The notes below the pieces were generated by a model. That model did no database searches. It was not told the DNA's origin and saw nothing but the letters and a program-made list of their open reading frames with translations. A stretch of DNA of 62,938 nt, the filler included, from Lenisia limosa (lineage: Eukaryota; Protista; Breviatea): the NCBI GenBank assembly GCA_001655205.1. It is 8 parts of 8 records of this genome, joined end to end, with 100 filler letters (N's around TTAATTAATTAA, not from the genome) between each part and the next. Parts side by side here need not be neighbours in the genome. Positions count along the whole stretch, not along the records: positions 7,333 to 36,464 come from LPNZ01002761.1; positions 36,565 to 37,906 come from LPNZ01005316.1; positions 38,007 to 41,959 come from LPNZ01002742.1; 5 more parts are not named here. One strand, written 5' to 3'. Of this stretch, positions 27,269 to 38,467 are shown one piece after another. The position numbers were made by a program, and so were the translations under genes. Position 1 is the stretch's first letter. Every line of letters begins with the position of its first letter.

Positions 27269-28284
27269 TGCCAAGTCGCACGCTTTTGTAGGGTTTCTTA
27301 TATTGACATAAGTTTATGATTCCGATTGGTTTGATTCTTGACTTCATATTATTTTCACTTCTTTTTTGTTTTGTTATTGTCTATTTCTACTGTTCAAATA
27401 CATTACATAGAAAGCAATTTATTCGTCGTTAAAGGATATAGGGTCACTAGATTAGCTTCCCCGATCCGGGATCATTGACCTCGGCACGACCTATAATAGA
27501 CGTTCTGTTTTAAAGCAGGTCTCAAATTATAAGAAAGACGGATGGGACACCACTGATATTAGGAAAATGTCCGCTTGCGAGTAGACGAGTTCCATTGGCT
27601 CACCCTTAGGTTATGTGATATGGATTTTGAAACTGGTAAAAAAAACCAATAATATTGACATGTGATACCCACAAACGAAGTACAATTAGGTGACATGCAC
27701 ATCGTTGACACGGAAGATCCTGATGTATATTTGTCACTACCTCTGTGCTACCTCTTGTGGAATGTAATCATTATGTAACCCATTGTCTAATTTCGTAAAA
27801 ATTTTTTTTTGTACTTTCGGTTTGCTAAACCCCCAGAATCTGAATATTCTTTATTTACCACTTTGACTTGTGGATAGATGAGGGTATTATTGTCGCAAAT
27901 AAAAGTATTTTATGAATTCAGTCATTCAGTCATTCAGTCATATCAATATAGTTCATAAAGACGATGATTCTAGTCTTGGAGGTTGCAGAAGAAGAATCCT
28001 TCTATAACTTGCCTTATCGGGAAAGTTGCCTTTTAAAAAATTGGCCTGGTTTCTTGACTTGTTGCTGCATGTGTGTGACAATAATAGCCTATTTAGTCTA
28101 GTGTAGTTAGATAAATATAATAGTGATAATATTGTAGTGATGGTAGATCACTGTTTCCTTTACATGAGCTTGTTTCGTTACGTTCCCCGAATTGAAGTTG
28201 CCTTTTTCATTTTGCAGTTTTAAAGCTTCTTTGTCATCCCTCTTCATTCTAACCTTTTAAATTATCCTTTGCTCTGTAAATACG

Positions 28285-31200
28285 ATGTTATTTTCCAAGT
28301 TTTGGGTTCTCCTATTGTTCATCGTGCCTGCTGTTCTGTGTTAGCCGGGAGTTGCTTCACATTTTTTAAAATGTCAATTAGTATTATTTTACTTGTATTT
28401 TGGAATCAAAACAAAATTTAAACTCTGTTGGAGAAGGATAACTTTTGGTTCGAAAAGACGTGTAAAGTCATGAAATTTTTCAAATATACTCGAAATACAT
28501 TATCGATTATTCTTCCATCATTGTGTACCCCTATTACAACCATGCAATCCTTTTCCCAATCATCTATTCTGAGCGTCACTTTCGGTTTTAAAAAAGACTG
28601 AATTCTCGATAAACCCTCTATAAATATCGATATTTTACAGGTGTTTCGGAACAGAAAGTGAAGCTCTAATCCATTCACTTTCTAGCGGCATGTAAACTGG
28701 TCAACAAGGATGGGGTCAAGTCTTGCCAAGGTAAGGGTTTCAGTTTCAGAGTCAATTAATGACTTTTTGTGAAAAGAGAGATAACATACACATTAGAAAT
28801 TTTGACAAATAAATACACATGGATACCATAAAAACATAAATAGGGCTTCATTTCGGGTCGAAAAAAGACGGGATTTCTCGATAAATCTTCGAAAGTTATC
28901 GATATTTTACCTATTTTTCCCCCTACACATAGCCATACTATCAAGCGTTTCGGTTTCACAGCTTGATTGAGTAGGTACATGTCCTGGCCGAAATGACAAA
29001 TGTCTACCCACTTTTGGCAGTACCGGAGATCTGATCGAATGCAAATGCGCTGACCCGGTCGGTGGTGTTTGATATCAGGGAGCGGTAGCTGGGACTCTCT
29101 GATTATATATAGCAATGAAAAATGAAAAATAAAGATGTATCTGGCCGAAGCCATCCACAACATCACGCTTATAAGAGATATTGAATTATAGTATAATATT
29201 AATTCACCCAATTATTTGCCTTTAAAATCTGTGCACACAGCTTTCTATGTGCCACTCTGTGATTGTTTGTTGGAGTTGACTGTATATTTGTTCTCAAACA
29301 CACCTCGAGACAAGCGATCATTTTAACTTTGACATTATTGTGTATTTGATTTTTAAACAAGAAAATAATAAAAAATAAATATGAAAGAAATTTTTTAGAG
29401 GAATAGCAAGGTGTGTGCCAGGAAGTATATTTGGGGAACTTTGAAAGGAGAAGGCTGTCTACTGGAATTGATTGACGGTTTCGATTGCATATTAATTGAT
29501 TATTGAATAATACTAATACTGCTTAAAATAACTTATTCTAGGGTGTGGATTGTTACCCAGCATGGAGATCCCAGACCGGGTGGACATGCAAGGGTGATTG
29601 CGACAGTGCCTCTTTAGATTGCGTCCCGGCTTTTGGCCAATACACCGACTCTAATGGACAGGTTTGATTTTGAGACTTGTTGTGCAGGGCTTCACTGGTT
29701 CAAAAGTGACCGGTAAAGTATCGATAAGTTTCGAGGATTTATCGAGAAATTCAGTCTTTTTCCAACCAAAGTGAGGGCCTACTTATGTGGCTTGTCTGAG
29801 ATTTTTGAAGCAATGTTAGGCGAGTTTTTGGCGATGGTTTTGGGTTAAGGGAGAGGCGTGTCCCTACGTATGTATTGGAACAATCAAAGTTCAAATTACC
29901 TCCTTTCAATGCTAGTCTAAATTCCTTCCGTCAGGGGTAGTCCGTATTCGCTCTTTTAACAATGACATTAAAGCGGGAGTCCCACTAAATTTGTGTAACC
30001 TAGTTCATAGATTTGGGGCCTATACAATTTGACCAATATTACAATTTGACCAATATTTCAGGAAAATAAATTCAAAACGACAAAATAATGTTTTCCTATT
30101 CTCTTTGATTTTGTCTCAGAAAAGTGTGCATGTTTCTTGTAATATGCCATGGAAAAGCGGGAGAAATTCCAAAAAATATTGTTTTCGCAGTTTAATTGGA
30201 CTTTAACAATTTCATCATCAGAATTGAATATTCTAGGTTCTCTCCTTCTTCAATGGCTGTGAATGTTCAGACTCGCAATGCAAAATGGGCGAGGCAGACA
30301 ATGGTCAAAAGTTCTGTGTCGGTCGCTGTCCAAACTGTAGGTGCTATTTGCAACCTTTTCAGTGATTTTTTCTACTTTGAAATTTTTGGGATTTTTTATT
30401 CTACGGCTAAAATGATTTTTTAAAGTGCTATTTGTCTATAATCAGGACTATTGTAGTTAAATTTTGTAGCCAGTCCCACTAATCCCGAATTCTGTGAGCC
30501 CATTTTCGCTGATGGCAATCTCCGGGACTGCCAATGCCAAGACGGTTAGTAGACATATTATCTTCATATGCGGTACATATAATTTTGTTAAATTGGCACA
30601 AATAAGACGACTGTGGATATTACAAAAACTAACTTGTAATTTACAATTGAAACTATTGATCGGTGCCACTAGCAGGCTAATTTCTAATTTCAATTGGTAC
30701 ATACCAGAAATATAATTAATTTGAAAATTTGCCATTTTACATGATATATGTAATAGTTCTCTTTATATGGACAATGATATAATACTTTGTAATCAGCTGC
30801 CATTTACACACTACTGTTGCTTTTCACAACAACACTTCGAGTGATTTAACCACAATGCATCGAATGTTTGGATGTAGTATATCGTACAATTCATATTATG
30901 AGGAATCTGATAAATTTGAAAAAGTAACATAAAAGACTGGGTACATGAAAAATCACTTTAAAATTAATTGTACCAAGTCAATGCTCTAATTAGGGCTCCA
31001 GTTTGAAAAAAGACCGATATAATATTGGTAGTTAACTAGTATTTTTCGAAGTGGCGCTAATGCATTTAGGACCCTGCTTTGCCCATTATTCGCCACAGCC
31101 GTTTGGATGGCATTGTGACCTGCCTGATTGCCCCGATCCAGTTGGTGGGGATTGTATTTCACAGTTGGTAGGGATTTCGCTATTTTGAGTTGGTGGAAGT

Positions 31201-33645
31201 TTCAATATTTTGGGTTTCACAGTTGAAGAATTTAATATTTTGAGTATAAGTGTTCCTGTATTCTCTCATATCGTGCTTCTATGTGTATTACCTCATTCAA
31301 ATATTTGAGTTTGACAAAAACACTAAGTGGCTTAGAAGGGTTTCTTCGATTCATGATTATTTGTATATTTACCCAAATGTTAAAGAAATTTCCTTTGCTA
31401 AAAAGCCCCGTTCACCCTCATTGCTGTGGGGTGGAGATCGGGAAATGTGACAATGTATATTAAATTTTTGTCATTTTTGAGGCTTCACATTAGATCCTGC
31501 TTCATCAATTTGGTGAAAGTGAAATAACAAAAACGACCAAATTTGAAATATATATACGAAGTTGGTGGGCCAACTTTGGCTAATTTTGTGGAGAAATTTA
31601 CTAAAATATCAATGTGTCATCAGCTTCGATTTGATATTACTTCCTTGTCATATGGCACAATTTCACATGTAGGAACACGAGTGCAGAGCGCTATACCACA
31701 CAACTGGAACTAATAAACTCTTCAATGGCTGCGACTGTGTTGGCAAGCCGGATCGTAAGCAAAGGGAGATGCTTTAACACTTAGATTTATTTAAAGCATG
31801 CAAAACCCCCATATTTTGAGAGCAGTGACTCTATGATTCTACAAATTGATATGTTACAAATCTATATTCAAATTCCTATTTCCCTGCAAAAAAGACATTG
31901 TATTTATTACGGGAACTGTATATGATATGTAGTGATGAAAAGTCACGCATTTGTAAGTGCTTTTGCAATATAAACAAAAGCAACCATCTAAAACTGTGGA
32001 TATTCGATAAATTTTGAGTATAAATAACCTCATAGCATGTCGCATTGAGGACAACGTCTGTCTAGGTACATGCCCTGACTCTGATGATGTAGGCGGTCTT
32101 TGAAGGAACGATAATATGACTCACCTAAAAGCTGGGTAGTTTTGCATGTAAACTTCTATGAACAAAATTCAAAAATAAGTCAATTATCGATATGGAAGGC
32201 ACTTAATTGACTGTAGCATTTCGTCGGGGTGCGAGTGGTATTATACAAATATTGAAAAATTCAACGACTATTTTTGCAAAAAGACCACAGCTTTTGTGTA
32301 AAATTATCAAGTGAAAGGTCGAGTATTACCTGATATGGAATCCCACTGATATATGTAGCATTGTGTCGGACACTTTGTCAACAAGAAGCTAAAAGAATGC
32401 AGTTGTTGCGACTGTGAACCCCCCGAAGATCAATGTACCGGTACGGCTATTATTAAAATGTAAAAAAATAGTCAACAACTTGATTTTGACGGTTTAAATT
32501 CAAGCGTTCACATTGAGTTGTTTTATATCTCTTTCTGATGTCACAAACTTGATTAAAACAAATAATCGCCTTCGTTTTCATATTGGTTGCTATGTAAAAT
32601 ACTCAAGATATACAAGTCTTGACCGATTGTCTTGGGAAGTCATCAAGACTTATCTCGGATGTATATTGTCTTGTTATCACCTGTCCCATATACATATGTA
32701 TATTCTGGTAATCCCAACTTAATAAGAATCCAAAGTCAGGGAGTGTTTAGTTAACTCCTTATACTGTCTTTGAGATTTATAATAGATGCATTTTACTCAT
32801 GTTTCTGAATACAAATAACTCTCAAGATTGTCACATTGAGTTCTATGATGGAGTACCACTCTGTGCGGGAGTTTGTCCAGGCTCATCAGTCTGTAAACTT
32901 GTTCAGGGAACTGCCTTGTTCTGCGCTTGCACCGGTAGGCACCAGGGACACAGGGTTTAATTTAGGGCCTCTATTTGATCCAAGAAATACGAAAAAAGAT
33001 AATAGTTTTCTTGAATATATCAAAAAAAAATTAGTCTAGTTTAGGACCAAAGTGAAGTATTCTGTTTTCTATTAGGACTCCGTGCGAATAGTTATTGACA
33101 AAATTGCAAACTGAAGAGAGTGAAATGTTACGACTACAATATTCCTGGTAGTTCTGTTATTATCTTTCACTGACCGCATGTTTATGAAGTTTTCAGGGCA
33201 TAAAGATGTATATATTCAAGCTAATCACCGAATTTATCAGATCATGCAGGATTTTGAATTAAACTACGGTCATATGGTATTAGTAGAATGGTTTGAACTA
33301 GAGAGCTTCCATACAATTCCAAAAACACCGAATTTCTCAAGAAACTTTTCGATCATTTCGAAATTTAAAAGACTTTTTCGGACTGGAGGTTCCCAAAACA
33401 AATTTGGAAGTCGACTCCGCAAAGCTCGGTGTACTTGACCTATGTATACTTTTCATTGTTTTGAATTTTGATGATACCATGTTTTGTGTTCAAAAATTAA
33501 ACCGGTCTTGTCAACTTTAGAGCGCACTTGTCTATTATTGAGGGATCCCTTCTGACTTACCTCTGAAAATTCAAATTAAAAGAACATACTCGGCTTTTGG
33601 ATTGTAGTATCTCACTTTCTAGCAACTATTCCAGGCAGCGTATAA
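28285..33645 (+). CDS. Secreted Cys-rich 6-Cys-module protein, paralog 4, complete, 12 exons, 298 aa
   Basis: Exons 28285-28339, 28686-28730, 28975-29057, 29542-29661, 30237-30336, 30470-30544, 31070-31140, 31673-31754, 32036-32088, 32359-32440, 32827-32934, 33623-33645 (897 nt). Signal peptide MLFSKFWVLLLFIVPAVLS. Terminal exon ATIPGSV* was chosen by similarity to paralog 3 AILPGDL*. Confidence 0.9.
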
Positions 33646-33938
33646 CTTCGTCTAGTTGTTTCGTGGTATTTTGACAAATCTTGTTTCTTGACTTTGAAGC
33701 CAACCTATGTTATTATTTGTTGACAATACATTTCAACTGTCTTGCATTCTCCCTGTGCTTCATTTCAGCCACAATAAAACTAGAAAAGAGTGAATTTCTC
33801 AATAAATACTTGATATCCGGGATTCATGGAACATTGTAATATCACCACCACCACCACCACCACCATCATCATCACTACAACCTTCATCACCACAACTATA
33901 ATCAGTTTGATGCAAAAACGTACATAATACAAGTACAT

Positions 33939-36232
33939 TTATTCGTAGAAATGGAAAACCTTCTCGTCCTTTTCGCACACCTTCTTGTACCTACATCAAT
34001 TAACGGTATTGCGCAAATTTAACACCTATAATAAGTATACCCCCCCCCCCCTCTGGCATAAATCACATTGATGCTTAATGGAGATTTTAAGGAATTTCTC
34101 TTCAAACCCCATCAGATCACTGTAAGATAGTCAAAGCTGTTGTTCAACTAAATAAGAGAAGCAGAGAGGAAGAGAGAGAGGACTTAATACTGCTCTACCT
34201 TATTTTCTACCCTTAACTATCTCTTTTTCTTCATCTACACAAGCTGGCACTGGTTAAGAGAAAAAAAAAAAAAAACAGCAGGAAAATTTATCAATTTGGT
34301 CTTCATCGTATACAATTAAGAAAAATTAAGCAGACTCACTTTTAATGTCATATCACATCGATATTATTAATCCAAAACAAGAAACTGTCATATCATAGTA
34401 TCATACCTTAACCCCCCCTCCCCATATTTTTGGGATCGTATGCAAGCCCTACTTTCCCTATCCACAGCTACAGAAAGCACCTTCAACATCTCTTTAGATT
34501 TGAAGATGGACACCCCTCCCCCCCAAGTGTCTGTGACTGTAATTGCTTCGAATTAGCACTCTGTTTTGCAACCAACTTTCAGATCAAGAGTGATTCAGAG
34601 TAACCACAGACAGTTTAACCCCCCTCACGCCACGTCCATATCGGCAGGGATGATTACGTAACGGTTCTTACGGACNNNNNNNNNNNNNNNNNNNNNNNNN
34701 NNNNNNNNNNNNNNNNNNNNNNNNNNNNNNNNNNNNNNNNNNNNNNNNNNNNNNNNNNNNNNNNNNNNNNNNNNNNNNNNNNNNNNNNNNNNATATTGAT
34801 TTTTGTATGAAAAAAATAAAATAGGGGGGCGGGGTGTTTAGATAAGAATATATATCGATATAAATATAAAGGAAATATGATACTATATATCATAATACAT
34901 GTATATCATATAATATGTATGTATGTATGTTGGGGGAGGGTGAATAAAATTGCTGAAATACCTGCGACACTGAGCATATCGGGCAAGCCACTGTCGTTGT
35001 AGGTAAATGATGGAATTATGATTGTCAGTGTATGTCATATCAATATAATTATACATCATAGCATTGCTCAGACACACATAGTGTATGTCATATCAATATA
35101 TTAAACATCACATTAAAGACTTGCCAAGAAAACAAACATACCCATCATATAACAGCCAGAGAAAACATACCATAGTCTTCCAAGTCAATTTCGTCTGAAA
35201 GGTTCATTTTGGCGGTACACACCTGGAACACCAGGCGCTTCTGCCGTCTAAGGGGGTAATGAGGGAGGGAAAGAGTGTGTAAAATAAAAAAAAGAGAGAG
35301 AGAGAGAGAGAAATAATAATAAAAATAATAATAATCACAAATCAACTCAGTTGGCTGACAACACACGAGGGTTGATACTAACAAAACAAACAAAGCCAGA
35401 GGGGCGAGGGGGGGGGGGCANNNNNNNNNNNNNNNNNNNNNNNNNNNNNNNNNNNNNNNNNNNNNNNNNNNNNNNNNNNNNNNNNNNNNNNNNNNNNNNN
35501 NNNNNNNNNNNNNNNNNNNNNNNNNNNNNNNNNNNNNNNNNNNNNNNNNTCTTCCAGGCCTATGGGGTCAGACAAAATATTTGAAGAAGTAGACTGCAGT
35601 ATAACTACTGACTGACACGTGTTTCTGCGGTATTTATTGAGAGATTTGGTCTTTTTTGGGACCACAGGAAAGCCTCATTGTTGATGTAGCAAAAGCCTTG
35701 AAGAAGGTTGAATTATTCTCTATTTAACTTTTTGGCATGGAATGAAAACACACGTATCACTTAATGAGAGAGAATAAAGAAAAAGGTAGAAGAAATGTAC
35801 CAAGTGTGAGAAAGCAATTGAAGGAGCTTAAAGAGCATCATCAATACAACACTCATCAAAAATACCTCAAGCGATCAGCAATAAACACAACACCATCATC
35901 AAGTTGTTTAACTAGTAATTATCTACACCAAACCCCACCATCACCAACTCACACCTTATTATCACCAAACTCAAACCTTATTATCATCAACTCAAACCTT
36001 ATTATCATCAACTCAAACCTTATTATCATCAACTCAAACCTCATCATCAACATCAACAAGTTGTTTAATTTGTAACCACAAACCTCATTTAACCATCATC
36101 AAAATCCACAACCAACCTCATTAACGCGGCATCAAGGGTATCGGGGCGGTTGGTAGCCATAATGACCTTGACGTTCACACTCGGGTCAAAGCCGTCCATT
36201 TGATTAAGGAGCTCAATAAGAACGCGTTGAAC
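33939..36232 (-). CDS. RPT3: 26S proteasome AAA-ATPase subunit RPT3 (PSMC4), 3' part; gaps hide some exons
   Basis: Exons 36232-36117 [39 protein letters not shown], 35559-35550 PGR, 35247-35171 [25 protein letters not shown], micro-exon 34990-34962, ..34675-34629 [16 protein letters not shown], 33990-33939 [23 protein letters not shown] and the FY-ending C-terminus fit RPT3. Confidence 0.9.
35946..36050. repeat. 21 bp tandem repeat (aactcaaaccttattatcatc) x~5 in an RPT3 intron
   Basis: Read directly from the sequence. Confidence 0.85.
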
Positions 36233-36385
36233 CTGGAGGGGGTGTAAATTGGACAATTTATGAAACAAAAAAAATCCCAAAATCAACTCTGCTGGCTGAC
36301 AACACACACGGGTTGGTAACAACAAAACACAAAAAGCCAGGCCAGTCGCTTCTGGAGCACAATATCCCATAACTCCAGCGTATGT
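36233..36385 (-). repeat. Intron 3'-end repeat; other copies 2858-2973(-), 35340-35400(-), 37522-37575(-), 44588-44769(+), 48695-48762(+), 49185-49255(+)
   Basis: Conserved core aagcgactggcc..gctttgtttgttttgttgttatcaaccctcgtgtgttgtcagccaacagagttgattttggg, followed by a T tract and usually a C-rich tract leading to the acceptor AG. Confidence 0.85.
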
Positions 36386-36464
36386 TGACAGTAGAAAATA
36401 TGCGAAACAAAATTCCAGCAAAAATAAACACCACCAATCCAATTATTAAAAAAAAAAAAAAAAA

Positions 36465-36564
36465 NNNNNNNNNNNNNNNNNNNNNNNNNNNNNNNNNNNN
36501 NNNNNNNNTTAATTAATTAANNNNNNNNNNNNNNNNNNNNNNNNNNNNNNNNNNNNNNNNNNNN
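36465..36564. other. Artificial scaffold spacer
   Basis: TTAATTAATTAA at 36509-36520. Confidence 0.95.
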
Positions 36565-37099
36565 GGGGTGTGAGGGGTGTAATACCACTTGGATTTGTTG
36601 ATCTGGGGGTGTGAGGGGTGTAATTATTGAATATTTATAAAAAGCCAGAGTGCCCAGAATCAACTCTACTAAGCATTTGGAAACTAATGAAACAAAAAGG
36701 GATTTACGATATGATATGCATGCCTATATACCACATATAATATACCATCAAAAAGATATCGCGGGGCGTCTGTTGTTTCCCTGGCACTTCCTAATGGTTA
36801 GAACTCCACTCTGTTCCACACGGTAATATCGATGTCATAGAATATCGACAGTCAAATATTAATACAATCTCGAATGCTCACTGAAACAACCAGGCTACCT
36901 TGGCGCGAGCGACAGAGGTAGTAAGACCTGGACGGCTCAGAGAGCCTCGAATGGTCTCTGACGTATTTTTTTTTGCTATTTTCTAGGTTCCTCTGTTATA
37001 TTATAGCTATTATAGTACATTTAATTGAAACTGTTAATATGAATGAATACATTAAATAGAAGAAAGTCGGAAACAAGCGAAACTGGGGGGCAAACAAGG

Positions 37100-37378
37100 C
37101 TAGATGAGGCAGCTAGTACGGAGCGAGGTTTTGTCCAACTGAAGGGTGAGGAGAAATGTAATATTTAAATTTAGGAAACAAAAAAAAAGCCCAAACACTA
37201 CTCTGTTGGCTGAAAACAAACATGGATTGAGAGCAACAAAACAAACAAAGCCCAGACCAGTCGCTTCTGCTGCATCGCTGATAAAACGAAGGAAATTTCG
37301 ATGGTAAAACTTGCACACAGCTTTCTGCGTGCCCCCCCCCCCACCTCAACGTCCAGAATCAAGGTTATTTCAGCTCGT
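37100..37378 (-). CDS. 3' end of an uncharacterised gene (..RAEITLILDVE|LDKTSLRTSCLI*)
   Basis: Two in-frame segments flank a GT..AG intron at 37344-37139 that consists of the intronic repeat family. Confidence 0.45.
37139..37344 (-). repeat. Complete 206 bp intron made of the intronic repeat family (5' half plus 3' half)
   Basis: Sense reading: GTgggggggggg-cacgcagaaagctgtgtgcaag...atcgaaatttccttcgtttta...aagcgactggtctgggctttgtttgttttgttg...tcagccaacagagt...cccttcAG. Confidence 0.7.
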
Positions 37379-37906
37379 NNNNNNNNNNNNNNNNNNNNNN
37401 NNNNNNNNNNNNNNNNNNNNNNNNNNNNNNNNNNNNNNNNNNNNNNNNNNNNNNNNNNNNNNNNNNNNNNNNNNNNNNNNNNNNNNNNNNNNNNNNNNNN
37501 NNNNNNNNNNNNNNNNNNNNNAAAACAGAAAAAAAAAGGCCAAAATCAACTCTGTCGGCTGATAACACACGAGATTACCCTTCCTCTTTTAAGTTTTCTT
37601 TTAAAGGCTCTCTTCTCACCTTTTAACTCTTTTCCCCACATTGTCATGTAATACAAGCTTACTGCTCACTCACCACTGACAGCCTGCTTGATGCCCTCAG
37701 TGGCTCCGGATTCGGCGGTCCACCATCACATACAAATTAACTGTATAAATCGTGGAGAACAAGGTGAAGCTGGAACCTTATTTGTAGGCATCGTTTCACT
37801 TTCACTAACATGTTCTTAGTGTTATATATTACACCCTGCGAAGAGAAACCGGACTTTGTTGTTGCTTTGAACGTCCAGATGCAACCGGACTTTGTTGTTG
37901 CTTTGA

Positions 37907-38006
37907 NNNNNNNNNNNNNNNNNNNNNNNNNNNNNNNNNNNNNNNNNNNNTTAATTAATTAANNNNNNNNNNNNNNNNNNNNNNNNNNNNNNNNNNNNNN
38001 NNNNNN
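37907..38006. other. Artificial scaffold spacer
   Basis: TTAATTAATTAA at 37951-37962. Confidence 0.95.
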
Positions 38007-38467
38007 AATCGACAGTTTCGAGAAAATTGAAGAAAAAAAAAAGGCTTTCACCACCTCGGCGTCACTTCCTTTTCATTCCCGTTTGATACATTTCTGAAGA
38101 ACTTCACTTTGGATTCCAAAGAACACAAAACACAACCTCTTACCCCTCACTTCTCTCACTTTTTAGGAAGCGTTAAGAACTCAAAGAAGGAATGCAAAGC
38201 GTGGGTTCGGAACGATAAGATGTCGTATTCAGATTTTGCCATAACTTTGAAGTGATCCTAATAATACTTGCTTTTTTTGTTATCGTCAATATTATAGAAA
38301 CCTTTAAATGATCCTCATTTCACCAAGCACATGTTACTTATGGTGGGAGAAATGTTTCGCATTGTTAATCACATAAATTATTTTCTCATAGTCAAATATA
38401 AACGCTATGGACAGCTTTGGCCAGATCCTCCAGTTGCATACCTTCCCATTCTTCCACTCACTCCTCA

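Noticed and set aside
27468-27584. IIDLGTTY resembling the Hsp70 phosphate-1 motif
   Set aside because: No similarity follows, the frame is short and there are no partner exons; treated as chance.
33076-33098. Alternative terminal exon for paralog 4 (GLRANSY*)
   Set aside because: It lies in a family 4 MITE remnant; 33623-33645 (ATIPGSV*) matches the paralogous terminal exons.
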